DNA from: Micrococcaceae bacterium
GTDB taxonomy: Bacteria > Actinomycetota > Actinomycetes > Actinomycetales > Micrococcaceae
Assembly: GCA_047605865.1 (NCBI GenBank)
Contig: JASGFC010000006.1
Coordinates: 145-64,144, forward strand
Direction of reading: 5' to 3'
Length of the DNA stretch: 64,000 bases
In this document: piece by piece, positions 36,647 through 46,133 of the stretch
How positions within the stretch are numbered: the first letter of the stretch is position 1
How the letters are laid out: the number at the start of each line of letters is the position of its first letter
Position numbers and translations under genes: made by a program
The notes under the pieces: generated by a model
What the model saw: the letters and a program-made list of their open reading frames with translations, nothing else
What the model was told of the DNA's origin: nothing
Databases searched by the model: none

Positions 36647-36674
36647 GCTAAACAGTTTATAAAAGGAGAAAACA

Positions 36675-37448
36675 ATGGAAGCTGTGCAACAAAAAAACTG
36701 GCTTGCTAGTCAGCTTTTTTCTAATTGGAAAAGATTTGAAATCATTTATGTTATTGCCTTAATCTTGTTGCAAGTTGTGGTCTACCTTATTGCTCCAGAT
36801 TCTATGATTGGAATGATTTCAGGTATTGCTGGAGTTCTTTGTCTTGTCTTTGGGATGAAAGGCCGTAAAATTACCTTTATTTTCGGTATTGTTCAAACCT
36901 TGGGTATGGCCTATATCGCATGGATTTCCCATGCTTACGGAGCTTTCATCATGGGACTTATTTACGTTATTTCACAACCTATTGGTTGGGTCATGTGGGG
37001 TAAAGATGAAGCAACCCATTCTTTGAAACCTCAAATCAAAAACTTACTTTTCGCAGGGTCATTTATTGCCTGGCTGATTGGGTGGTTTGTTTTAGCGCAG
37101 GTACATGGTCAACTACCTTACTTTGATTCTATTAACTTTGTAGTAAGCATGATTGCACAGGTTCTCTACATTCTAAAATACAAAGAGAACTGGTCATTGT
37201 GGATTATCGTGAACATTGCAAATCTACTGTACTGGTGCGCTTTGGTTTACCAAGATTTAACAGGTAAAACAAGTTCTGGCTCACTTGGTGCAAGCATGTC
37301 TCAAGTGGCACTCAACTTTGCGCTTTTGTTCAACTCAATTTATGCCAATAAAGTCTGGGCTAATGGTGAGGCAGATTATGAAGGTGGAATTGATAAGGAG
37401 CTCGCACAAAACCCTGAACATGAAGAACAGCTGATTTCGCCTAAATAA
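36675..37448 (+). CDS. pnuC: PnuC-family nucleoside/vitamin transporter
   Basis: 7-TM PnuC pattern with Trp-rich helices (NWSLWIIVNIANLLYW). AGGAGA SD. Confidence 0.85.
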   Translation: MEAVQQKNWLASQLFSNWKRFEIIYVIALILLQVVVYLIAPDSMIGMISGIAGVLCLVFGMKGRKITFIFGIVQTLGMAYIAWISHAYGAFIMGLIYVISQPIGWVMWGKDEATHSLKPQIKNLLFAGSFIAWLIGWFVLAQVHGQLPYFDSINFVVSMIAQVLYILKYKENWSLWIIVNIANLLYWCALVYQDLTGKTSSGSLGASMSQVALNFALLFNSIYANKVWANGEADYEGGIDKELAQNPEHEEQLISPK

Positions 37449-37522
37449 CAGCTATTTTCGGCACATAAAAATATGTTAGGGTAGTTGTGTAATAAACCTA
37501 TGGTTCGAAGTGGAGCTTATTG

Positions 37523-38614
37523 ATGAAAATTTCTATTCCTAAAGAAGTAAAAAATCGTGAGTATCGCGTTGCTATAACTCCAGCAGGAGTTCATGAGTTA
37601 GTAGCTCAAGGGCATGATGTTTACATTGAAACTGGCGCTGGACTTGGCTCAAGTATCACTGATAAAGAGTATGAAGCTGAGGGTGCTAAAATTCTCGACA
37701 CAGCTGATGAGACATGGGAAAAAGCAGATATGGTTCTTAAAGTGAAAGAACCAATCCCAGAAGAATACCATCGCCTGCGTGATGGTTTAATCCTCTTTAC
37801 TTATCTGCATCTTGCTGCAGATAAAGCTTTAACTAAAGAACTCATGAAAAAAAACGTCCATGCTATTGCCTATGAGACCGTTGAAGGTGAAGATGGCTCG
37901 CTACCATTGCTAGCGCCAATGAGTATTGTTGCTGGTCGTTTATCTGCTCAAGTTGCTTCTTACACTTTGATGAAAGCTCAAGGTGGACGTGGAGTTCTTA
38001 TGGGTGGTGTTCCTGGTACGCATCCAGCAAATGTTGTTGTCATTGGTGGTGGTGTTGCTGGAGAAAATGCTATATCAATGGCTGTAGGATTACACGCAAA
38101 CGTTACAGTACTTGATACTAACGTAAGGCGTTTAGCTGAACTTGATCACCATTATGAAGGTCGTATTCAGACTATCGTGAGTAATAAGTTTGAGTTAGAA
38201 CAAGCTGTATCAAATGCTGATGTGGTCATTGGCGCGGTTTTGGTAAAAGGGGCAAAAGCTCCAAAACTTGTCAGCAACGAGTTAGTTTCAAAAATGCAGT
38301 CTGGTAGTGTTTTGGTTGATATTGCTATTGATCAAGGTGGCTGTTTTGAAGATTCAAAGCCAACGACACATGATAATCCAACTTTTAAAGTGCATGACTC
38401 CGTGTTTTATTGTGTGGCCAATATGCCAGGAGCAGTTCCAAGGACCTCAACCTATGCGCTTACTAACGTTACTTTGCCCTACATTATTAAACTTGCGCAT
38501 GATGGTTTAGATGCTTTAGATAAAGACCCATCACTTGCTAAAGGTCTTAACGTGAGTCAAGGTGTTATTACGTGTAAAGAGGTTGCTGAATCACACCCTG
38601 ATCTTGTCGAGTGA
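37523..38614 (+). CDS. ald: Alanine dehydrogenase
   Basis: AlaDH/PNT N and C domains. NAD site VIGGGVAGENA. N-terminus MKISIPKEVKNREYRVAITP. Confidence 0.93.
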   Translation: MKISIPKEVKNREYRVAITPAGVHELVAQGHDVYIETGAGLGSSITDKEYEAEGAKILDTADETWEKADMVLKVKEPIPEEYHRLRDGLILFTYLHLAADKALTKELMKKNVHAIAYETVEGEDGSLPLLAPMSIVAGRLSAQVASYTLMKAQGGRGVLMGGVPGTHPANVVVIGGGVAGENAISMAVGLHANVTVLDTNVRRLAELDHHYEGRIQTIVSNKFELEQAVSNADVVIGAVLVKGAKAPKLVSNELVSKMQSGSVLVDIAIDQGGCFEDSKPTTHDNPTFKVHDSVFYCVANMPGAVPRTSTYALTNVTLPYIIKLAHDGLDALDKDPSLAKGLNVSQGVITCKEVAESHPDLVE

Positions 38615-38628
38615 GATGTGTTAACCTT

Positions 38629-38671
38629 AATAAAGAAGAGCCCTACGTAGCTGGTAGGGCTCTTCTTTATT
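38629..38671. terminator. Bidirectional intrinsic terminator (ald / ohr)
   Basis: 18-bp perfect stem AATAAAGAAGAGCCCTAC-gtagctg-GTAGGGCTCTTCTTTATT with A/T runs on both sides. Confidence 0.9.
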
Positions 38672-38682
38672 GTGAAGAAAAC

Positions 38683-39111
38683 TTACTGAACTGCTTTAAC
38701 AGTTACCTCAATGTTTCCACGTGTTGCTTTAGAATATGGGCATAATTCATGAGCGCGATCAGCGAGCTGCTGAACAGTGTCAAGATCTTGACCAGGAATC
38801 TGGACAGTAAGGGCAGCATTCAATCCAAAACTTTCACCTTCTGGACCAATACCAACGGTGCATGTTACTACTGAATCACTGGTGTCAATGCCTTTTTCTT
38901 TACCTGCTAAGCCAAGTGCTCCTTGATAACAAGCGCCATAACCTACAGCAAATAGTTGTTCTGGGTTGGTAGCACCACCTGGACCGCCAAGTTCCTTTGG
39001 AGCTTGAAGATCAACATCTAGCAGTCCATCATCTGTTTTACCATGACCTTCACGCCCACCTGTAACGGTTGCGGTAGTGGTGTATTTTGGTGTAATTTTT
39101 GCAATGGTCAT
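38683..39111 (-). CDS. ohr: Organic hydroperoxide resistance protein (Ohr/OsmC family)
   Basis: TNPEQLFAVGYGACY and HELCPYSKATRGNI Cys motifs. ATG 39111 is preceded by AGGAGG. Confidence 0.9.
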   Translation of the reverse strand: MTIAKITPKYTTTATVTGGREGHGKTDDGLLDVDLQAPKELGGPGGATNPEQLFAVGYGACYQGALGLAGKEKGIDTSDSVVTCTVGIGPEGESFGLNAALTVQIPGQDLDTVQQLADRAHELCPYSKATRGNIEVTVKAVQ

Positions 39112-39225
39112 TATTCCTCCTACATCGAATTTAATAACCTTACTTCTCAAGTATAGGTAATCTTGCTGAAACTCTCTTGAAAGCTCTAGTCTAGGCTATG
39201 ATAGTAACAAAGATGAGGAGAATAC

Positions 39226-40830
39226 ATGTCAGTTGCCCTTTTATTAGCAACGATTATTGGCTCGTTATTGATTACGATGTTGACTCATCGTTGGCGAGTC
39301 CATTCAGGCATCATTACCTTATTACTTGCTGCAGCATTATCCTTTCTACCTTTACATCAGCATATAGAGGTTGAGCCACACATTATTCTTGGTATTGTGA
39401 TGCCGCCTTTGCTGTATTCAGCTGCATTGTCTTTTTCTATTTCTACCTTTTTTAAAAATATAAGACCCATTATTGGTATGGGAGTAGTTTTAGTGCTGGT
39501 CACCTGTGCTGTTGTGACGTGGCTAGCGCCAATGATAGATCCTACTATTAGCCTTGCTGGAGCCTTCGTATTAGCTGCTGTTGTTGCTCCTCCCGATGCT
39601 GTCACTATGGTTTCAGAAGAACGTACTGAAGGTATTCCACGAACTGTTACATCGGTGATTAAGGGAGAGTCCATCGTCAATGATGCAACAGCATTGGTGC
39701 TCTTTAGTGTTGCAATTGCAACGTTTACGCATCAGCAAAATTTCATCAAAAATCCGTTTTTATTTTTTGGGTATTCAAGTATCGTTGGCATTCTTATTGG
39801 GCTTGTTACTGGCTTTCTAGTGATTCTTACCCGGAGACGAATAGGGAATCCAACCATTGAGGTAGCCTTAAATATTGTTGTCCCTTTTGCGATATATCAA
39901 ATTTCAGAATTTGTTCATGCATCAGGAGTTCTTGGTGTTATTACAGCTGGATTTTTAATCAGTACCATGACAACTCTTGACGGTCGTATGACGTCTCAAA
40001 CAGCCTACAAGACACGCCTGATAGAAACTCGAGTGTGGCCAATCATTGAATTGCTTATAGAAAGTTTCCTTTTTGCTTACATTGGTTTTCAACTGCATTC
40101 TTCTATAGAAGCAGTCGGGGAAGCTACTGGACATTTAGTAGATAACGCACTTTTTGCTCTCGTTATCACAGTTCTTGTTATCGCAATTCGTTTTATATAT
40201 GTTTATGTGCTTTTCAGTGCCATAAAAGGTAGAAACCAGTTAATTGAAAAACATCTTGAGAACTATAACAACAGAAAGCAAGATAACAGTACAGAAGTCT
40301 ATCGTGGCCGCAAGGCAAGGAAAATGAAGGATGGCTACCCTACTGAACCGGCATTTAATCTCAAAGAGTGTTTTCTAGTTTCGTGGATGGGTATGCGCGG
40401 AATTGTAACTTTAGCCGCTGCAGCCTCAATTCCAGTTGCAGGCTTAGGGGCAGAAAGAACCAAAGAAGTAGCAATCATTCAGTTTACGGCTTTTACTGTT
40501 GCTAGTGTGACATTAATTTTCCAAGGTCTTACCTTGCCGTTGGTTGTTAAAGCATTAAATCTAGATTTAACAGCAGATCAGCAAGAAAAACAAAAAGATA
40601 GAGACATTATTAGTGATTCAGTGAAACACTTGGAAATAAACCCTCGTCAAGCAAAGCTAACTGATAAAAATTTTGATGATGCTAGATCTCGTATTACACA
40701 ATATATGATTCATACAGATTTGACTGAAGAAGCAACGAGGGCAGCTATAGATCGTATTGATTTACAACAGGCTGCTTGGGAATCAAGAGCTAAGACTTAT
40801 ACAGCATTGGAAGAGAGTTTAGATGAATAA
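39226..40830 (+). CDS. Na+/H+ antiporter, CPA1 family
   Basis: About 11-12 TM helices with motifs APPDAVT and ESIVNDATALVLF. Hydrophilic C-terminal domain. Confidence 0.85.
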   Translation: MSVALLLATIIGSLLITMLTHRWRVHSGIITLLLAAALSFLPLHQHIEVEPHIILGIVMPPLLYSAALSFSISTFFKNIRPIIGMGVVLVLVTCAVVTWLAPMIDPTISLAGAFVLAAVVAPPDAVTMVSEERTEGIPRTVTSVIKGESIVNDATALVLFSVAIATFTHQQNFIKNPFLFFGYSSIVGILIGLVTGFLVILTRRRIGNPTIEVALNIVVPFAIYQISEFVHASGVLGVITAGFLISTMTTLDGRMTSQTAYKTRLIETRVWPIIELLIESFLFAYIGFQLHSSIEAVGEATGHLVDNALFALVITVLVIAIRFIYVYVLFSAIKGRNQLIEKHLENYNNRKQDNSTEVYRGRKARKMKDGYPTEPAFNLKECFLVSWMGMRGIVTLAAAASIPVAGLGAERTKEVAIIQFTAFTVASVTLIFQGLTLPLVVKALNLDLTADQQEKQKDRDIISDSVKHLEINPRQAKLTDKNFDDARSRITQYMIHTDLTEEATRAAIDRIDLQQAAWESRAKTYTALEESLDE

Positions 40831-41362
40831 TTCATATGTAGCCCTTTTACGTGGAATCAACGTTGGTGGAAATAGAAAAGTTCCTATGGCAGATTTGAAG
40901 AAACTGCTACAGGGCTTGGGATATCAAGATATTAGTACATACATCAACTCTGGTAATGCTTTTTTTACTGCCCAAAACGCTACAACGCAAGAACTTGAAC
41001 AAAAAATTGAAGCAGCATTGGAGCAAGAGTTTGGTTTTGTAGTTGAAACAGCAGTGCTCTCCAAAGAAGAATATCTTCAGGAGCTTTCATCAGCTCCACA
41101 AGGGTGGGGAAAAGATAAAAATTCTAAAAGCAACGCTCTTTTTGTCCTTGAAGGAAACTTAGAAGAATTACTACAGAAAATTTGGGACACAAAACCAGAT
41201 TCTGAACAAATTCATGCAGGGGATAGAGTAATTTTCTGGTCAATTCCGCTTAAAGATTTCAATGTATCAAGGCTGTCAAAGATTGTTGGAACCCAAGATT
41301 ACAAAAAACTTACGATACGCAATGCAAATACTTTTTATAAAATTGCCGAGAAGTTTCAATAA
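40823..41362 (+). CDS. DUF1697-family protein
   Basis: YVALLRGINVGGNRKVPMADLK N-terminus characteristic of DUF1697. 8-nt overlap with the antiporter. Confidence 0.75.
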   Translation: MNNSYVALLRGINVGGNRKVPMADLKKLLQGLGYQDISTYINSGNAFFTAQNATTQELEQKIEAALEQEFGFVVETAVLSKEEYLQELSSAPQGWGKDKNSKSNALFVLEGNLEELLQKIWDTKPDSEQIHAGDRVIFWSIPLKDFNVSRLSKIVGTQDYKKLTIRNANTFYKIAEKFQ

Positions 41363-41429
41363 GAAATATAGTGATTTTTAGCAGGCGACATTTAAGGGTA
41401 AAAAGCGTATATTAGGTATTAGTATAAAT

Positions 41430-42767
41430 TTGCCGAACGAAAGTGAAACTATAGTGTTAATTCTTCATGGTGGGAAGCCACTTCAAGGAAAAATCACAGT
41501 CCGAGGTGCTAAAAATTTAGTTCCAAAAGCTATGGTTGCTTCACTTCTTGGAGATAAGCCTTCAACTCTGAGAAATGTACCTGAAATTAAGGACGTTGAT
41601 GTTGTAACTTCATTATTAAATCTTCATGGTGTTGATATCACAAGAGATAAAGAAGCAGGCACTTTAATAATGGATCCAAGGAATGTTGAGGTTGCTGCTC
41701 AAAAAGATATCCAAGTACATGCCGGTGACTCAAGAATCCCTATTTTAATGTGTGGACCCTTGGTTCATGCTTTGGGAGAAGCTTTTATCCCAGATCTTGG
41801 CGGTTGTAAAATTGGGGATCGTCCCATTGACTACCACTTGGATGTATTGCGTAAATTTGGAGCTAAAGTAGAAAAGAGTAATCTCGGTATTCATATTTCA
41901 GCTCCCGATGGACTTCATGGAGCGAAAGTTAAGCTTCCGTACCCATCAGTTGGAGCTACTGAGCAGGTTTTGCTCAGTGCTACTAAAGCTCAGGGTATTA
42001 CTGAACTTTCAGGCGCTGCTACTGAGCCTGAGATTATGGATTTGATTCTCATTCTTCAGAAAATGGGTGCACTCATATCTGTTTCTACTGACCGAACCAT
42101 CCACATTGAAGGTGTTGAACGGTTGCACGGGTACAACCACTTTGCAATGCCAGATAGAAATGAAACAACTTCTTGGGCATCTGCAGCTTTGGCTACAAAT
42201 GGTGATATTGAAATTGAAGGAGCAAAGCAACTTGATTTGATGGCTTTCCTCAATGCTTATCGTAAAATTGGTGGTGGTTTTGATGTCACGGAAAATGGCA
42301 TGCGTTTTTTCAGAGAGCATCAAGATCTCAATTCTATTGTCCTTGAGACAGACGTCCACCCTGGATTCATGACAGATTGGCAACAGCCTTTAGTCGTTGC
42401 TCTAACTCAAGCAAATGGTGTTTCTATTGTCCATGAAACAGTCTACGAGAATCGTTTTGGTTTTACTCAAGCTTTGCGTGAAATGGGAGCCAATATTCAG
42501 GTTTATCGTGAGTGTCTTGGTGGAACGCCTTGTCGCTTTGGGCAAAGAAACTTCCATCATTCAGCGGTTATTTCTGGGCCAACTCCTCTTCATGGAAAAG
42601 ATATTATTATTCCTGATTTGCGTGGCGGATTCTCGCACATTATTGCTGCCTTAACTGCTGAAGGTGAATCAAGAATTAGCGGTATTAAAATCATTAAACG
42701 TGGATATGAACGTTTCCCTGAAAAGCTTAAAGCTCTCGGCGTAGATTACAAGGTTACCAAGGATTAA
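41430..42767 (+). CDS. murA: UDP-N-acetylglucosamine 1-carboxyvinyltransferase
   Basis: ITVRGAKN and active-site GGCKIGDRPIDYHL. Start uncertain (TTG 41430 or GTG 41454). Confidence 0.93.
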   Translation: MPNESETIVLILHGGKPLQGKITVRGAKNLVPKAMVASLLGDKPSTLRNVPEIKDVDVVTSLLNLHGVDITRDKEAGTLIMDPRNVEVAAQKDIQVHAGDSRIPILMCGPLVHALGEAFIPDLGGCKIGDRPIDYHLDVLRKFGAKVEKSNLGIHISAPDGLHGAKVKLPYPSVGATEQVLLSATKAQGITELSGAATEPEIMDLILILQKMGALISVSTDRTIHIEGVERLHGYNHFAMPDRNETTSWASAALATNGDIEIEGAKQLDLMAFLNAYRKIGGGFDVTENGMRFFREHQDLNSIVLETDVHPGFMTDWQQPLVVALTQANGVSIVHETVYENRFGFTQALREMGANIQVYRECLGGTPCRFGQRNFHHSAVISGPTPLHGKDIIIPDLRGGFSHIIAALTAEGESRISGIKIIKRGYERFPEKLKALGVDYKVTKD

Positions 42768-42771
42768 CCCC

Positions 42772-43554
42772 ATGGCTTCTGATACCCACCAACATAGCAG
42801 TATGAAGAAACGTAATGCTGTATTTCGTAGCATAGCTACAATTGGTCGTGGAGTTTCTCATGTAGCAGTCAAACATCATTGGTCTGGTCTTGAAAATCTG
42901 CCTCAAGATGGAGCTTTTATTGTATGCCCTAATCACATGACGAATGCTGATCCAGTAGCTATTATGCATATGCTGTATTCCAATGGCTACACTGCACAAT
43001 TTTTAGTTAAAGGTGCTTTATTTAAAAATAAAGCATTGGCATATATCCTCAATAAAGCGCAACAAATTCCAGTATATCGGGATTCTGACCCTTCAAAATC
43101 TTTAGAAGCCGCCAAGATTGCTATTAGCGAGGGTGGTGTTGTTGTGATGTACCCAGAAGGCACGTTTACCCGTGACCCGCAACGGTGGCCCATGAAAGGG
43201 AAAACAGGAGCTGCACGTCTTGCCCTTGAAACTGGTGTGCCTGTAGTTCCTATTGCGCATTGGGGTTTGCTAGATTTTATGCCAATCGGTACTGCAAAGG
43301 TATCTACTAAACGTCCAGATATCACTATTTTAGTAGGAAAACCACTTACTTTTGATGAATATCGTGGAAAAGAAATCACAAAGGAACTCCTTGATGAAGT
43401 GACAAATAAGATTATGGATGCCATCACTGAACTTCTTGAAGAACTTCGTGGCGAAAAAGCACCAGAGCATCGTTGGGATATGAAGGTGGATGGCGACACA
43501 ATCATCAGTGATCAAGGAAAAATTGTGACTAAAGGCGTCAACAAGGATAGTTAG
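42772..43554 (+). CDS. 1-acyl-sn-glycerol-3-phosphate acyltransferase-like protein
   Basis: HX4D motif PNHMTNADP and YPEGTFTR motif of the PlsC family. Confidence 0.85.
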   Translation: MASDTHQHSSMKKRNAVFRSIATIGRGVSHVAVKHHWSGLENLPQDGAFIVCPNHMTNADPVAIMHMLYSNGYTAQFLVKGALFKNKALAYILNKAQQIPVYRDSDPSKSLEAAKIAISEGGVVVMYPEGTFTRDPQRWPMKGKTGAARLALETGVPVVPIAHWGLLDFMPIGTAKVSTKRPDITILVGKPLTFDEYRGKEITKELLDEVTNKIMDAITELLEELRGEKAPEHRWDMKVDGDTIISDQGKIVTKGVNKDS

Positions 43555-43563
43555 GTGTAGCAA

Positions 43564-44661
43564 GTGGTTAATGTTGTAGTTTTATTCGGTGGCCAATCTT
43601 CAGAACATGCTGTAAGTTGTGTTACGGCAACGAATGTTGTGGAAAATCTTAAGGCTGAAGGTTTTAATGTTTATCCTGTAGGAATCACTAAAGATGGCTA
43701 CTGGACTTACGTTCCAACTGAAGATGTAAATTTCCAGTTTTCATCAGATAGTGGCACATTACCTGAAATTAAAAAAGGTCAATGGCATGTAAATCTTCCA
43801 GAAGATACTCTCAGTACAACGTGGACTCTCAGTGACGGAAAGCAGAGCAAAACCTTAGCTGATATTGATGTGGTTTTTCCTTTGCTCCATGGTCCTTATG
43901 GTGAAGATGGAACAGTCCAAGGAATGCTGGAATTATTACACATTCGCTATGTAGGATCAGGTGTACTTGCATCTGCAGCTGCCATGGAAAAGCACACAAC
44001 AAAAGTATTAGCACAAGCTGCTGGTATTGAGGTAGCGCCTTGGGTCTTTATTTCAGAGAGAAGTTGGCGCCTTCATAAAGCAGAAATTCTGCAAGAGTGT
44101 AAAAAACTTCCCTTGCCACTTTTTGTTAAGCCAAGTCGTGCAGGTTCTTCGGTCGGTGTTACCAAAATCAAAAGCTATGATGAGCTTGAAGCAGCCATTG
44201 AAGAAGCCAGGAAACATGATCCTAAGGTTCTAGTGGAGCAAGCAATTGTTGGTCAAGAAATAGAATGCTCTGTTCTTGATGGGTATCCAGCACCGAAAGC
44301 TTCTTACCCAGCAGAAATTAAAATGTCAACTGGTGTTGAATTTTATGATTACGATGCCAAATACATCAATAGTGAAGATTCTCATGTTGAATGTCCTGCA
44401 CAGATTTCTGAAGAAGCTACAGAACAGATACAGCAGTTAGCTTTGCGAGCTTTCGACGTACTTGACCTAGAAGGGCTAGCACGAGTAGATTTCTTCTATA
44501 CAGCAGATGGTACTTTTGTTCTGAACGAAATCAACACATTACCTGGATTTACTGGTATCAGTGGCTACCCGTTGATGTGGAAAGTCAGCGGAATTCCTTA
44601 TGGTAAGTTGCTTGCAACTCTTGTTGAACTTGCCATGGATAGGCCAGTAGGACTCCGGTAG
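43564..44661 (+). CDS. ddl: D-alanine--D-alanine ligase
   Basis: GTG start. FPLLHGPYGEDGTVQGMLE. ATP-grasp NEINTLPGFT. Confidence 0.95.
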   Translation: MVNVVVLFGGQSSEHAVSCVTATNVVENLKAEGFNVYPVGITKDGYWTYVPTEDVNFQFSSDSGTLPEIKKGQWHVNLPEDTLSTTWTLSDGKQSKTLADIDVVFPLLHGPYGEDGTVQGMLELLHIRYVGSGVLASAAAMEKHTTKVLAQAAGIEVAPWVFISERSWRLHKAEILQECKKLPLPLFVKPSRAGSSVGVTKIKSYDELEAAIEEARKHDPKVLVEQAIVGQEIECSVLDGYPAPKASYPAEIKMSTGVEFYDYDAKYINSEDSHVECPAQISEEATEQIQQLALRAFDVLDLEGLARVDFFYTADGTFVLNEINTLPGFTGISGYPLMWKVSGIPYGKLLATLVELAMDRPVGLR

Positions 44662-44667
44662 CTAATA

Positions 44668-45162
44668 ATGCAAAAGGTACTTTTAGCTCTTATGGCCGGA
44701 ATTACTGCTGTATCATTGACCGCTTGTAGCGGTCCCTTAGCTTTTGACACGCTTGCGGTTGAGGCTGCACCAGATTCTAATAATCCTAATTGTGCAAAAA
44801 TTATGCTAGCAATGCCAAAAAAGGTTTCAGATTTCAAACAACGAGAAACTACTAGCCAAGGCACAACCGCTTACGGAGATCCTTCAGTGCTTATCGTGCG
44901 TTGTGGTTTACCAGCGATTCAAGCTACTAGTGACCCTTGCGTGAGTGTTAACGATATAGATTGGATCTCAAAGCAAGATACAGAAAAGCCAGATACCTGG
45001 ATTTTTACAAGTTATGGTAAAAGTCCAACAGTTGAAGTGCTTCTGGATAATACCAAGATTTCTTCCAGTGATGCTTTGGTCATTTTTAGCGATATCATGG
45101 AAAAAATGCCTAGTAATGGGCATAAGTGCCTTTCTGTTAAAGATGTGAGCTTGAACCAATGA
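44668..45162 (+). CDS. DUF3515-like lipoprotein
   Basis: Lipobox LTAC. Conserved actinobacterial position between ddl and thiL. Cys-containing C..RCG pattern. Confidence 0.7.
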   Translation: MQKVLLALMAGITAVSLTACSGPLAFDTLAVEAAPDSNNPNCAKIMLAMPKKVSDFKQRETTSQGTTAYGDPSVLIVRCGLPAIQATSDPCVSVNDIDWISKQDTEKPDTWIFTSYGKSPTVEVLLDNTKISSSDALVIFSDIMEKMPSNGHKCLSVKDVSLNQ

Positions 45163-46133
45163 CCACAGTAGCTGAACTGACCGAGGCAGAAATCATTGAA
45201 CTTTTACAAAAATATCTGCCTGGTAGTTCAGATATGGTTGAGCTTGGTATCGGAGATGATGCTGCTGTCTTAACCTTAAATTCTCGTACTCTTGTAACCA
45301 GCACAGATATGATGATTGAAGACCTAGATTTTCGGTTATCGTGGAGTGAAAGTAGTGGTTATAGTCAAGGTTGGAAAGCATTTGTACAAAATGCTGCCGA
45401 TATTTTTTCTATGGGAGCTACCCCAACAGCAATGCTGTTAACTCTTGGTTTACCTCCATCAACAGATGTGGAGTACGTTAAAGGCATCGCACAAGGAATA
45501 ACAGATTGTGCACAAAGAGAATATCAGCTTAAAGATTTTTCTGTCATTGGTGGGGACTTATCTGCTAGTGATAAGTTGATTATTTCAGTCACAATTTTTG
45601 GCGAACTTTTGGGGAACAAAGCACTTACTAGGTCAGGGGCAAAAGTAGGGGATGTGCTCTTACTTGCTGGTATTCCAGGTAAAGCTGCTTTGGGCTTAGC
45701 GCAACTAGAGGGCAAGTTCCCAGTTGAGCACTTGGATGCTCGTTCTTGGCAACTGCAGCCTCGTCCACCTTTTGAAGTAGTTCAAGATGTTGTTCATGAT
45801 GCTACAGCCATGATTGATACTTCTGATGGGCTGTTAAAGGATGCTGCACGCATTGCCAGAGCAAGTGGAGTCTGTTTAGATATCAGTACAAAAAAATTAG
45901 AAGCAAGTCTGTTATTTTATGGTCAAGCTGCAACTTTACACGATACTGAGATTTTACACATGATGTTATCTGGTGGCGAAGATCATAATCTTCTTTTCAC
46001 CATGCCAGCTGCAGCCGTACCACAGTGGGCTATTGATAAAAACTATGTTATTGGTTGTGTTCAGGCTGGTAAAGGCGTGAAAGTTGATGGACAAAGTGTC
46101 AAAGATGAGGGGTGGGAACATTTCATTTCTTGA
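45159..46133 (+). CDS. thiL: Thiamine-monophosphate kinase
   Basis: AIR-synthase-related fold (GIGDDAAVL, DISDG-like TSDGL). ATGA overlap with the upstream gene. Confidence 0.9.
   Translation: MTTVAELTEAEIIELLQKYLPGSSDMVELGIGDDAAVLTLNSRTLVTSTDMMIEDLDFRLSWSESSGYSQGWKAFVQNAADIFSMGATPTAMLLTLGLPPSTDVEYVKGIAQGITDCAQREYQLKDFSVIGGDLSASDKLIISVTIFGELLGNKALTRSGAKVGDVLLLAGIPGKAALGLAQLEGKFPVEHLDARSWQLQPRPPFEVVQDVVHDATAMIDTSDGLLKDAARIARASGVCLDISTKKLEASLLFYGQAATLHDTEILHMMLSGGEDHNLLFTMPAAAVPQWAIDKNYVIGCVQAGKGVKVDGQSVKDEGWEHFIS

Noticed and set aside
36647-36674. NAD+-II (pnuC-motif) riboswitch upstream of pnuC.
   Set aside because: The intergenic space is only 28 nt and is occupied by the SD. The 146 nt upstream of the phosphorylase gene showed nothing I could match by eye.
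42987-43505. Long antisense ORFs in the track (also 840-1229, 14691-15131, 24857-25321, 39357-39680, 51254-51649, 55791-56171, 56138-56593, 56550-56954, 62761-63081).
   Set aside because: Each lies wholly inside a well-supported gene on the opposite strand and has no start context or recognisable motif. These are shadow frames.
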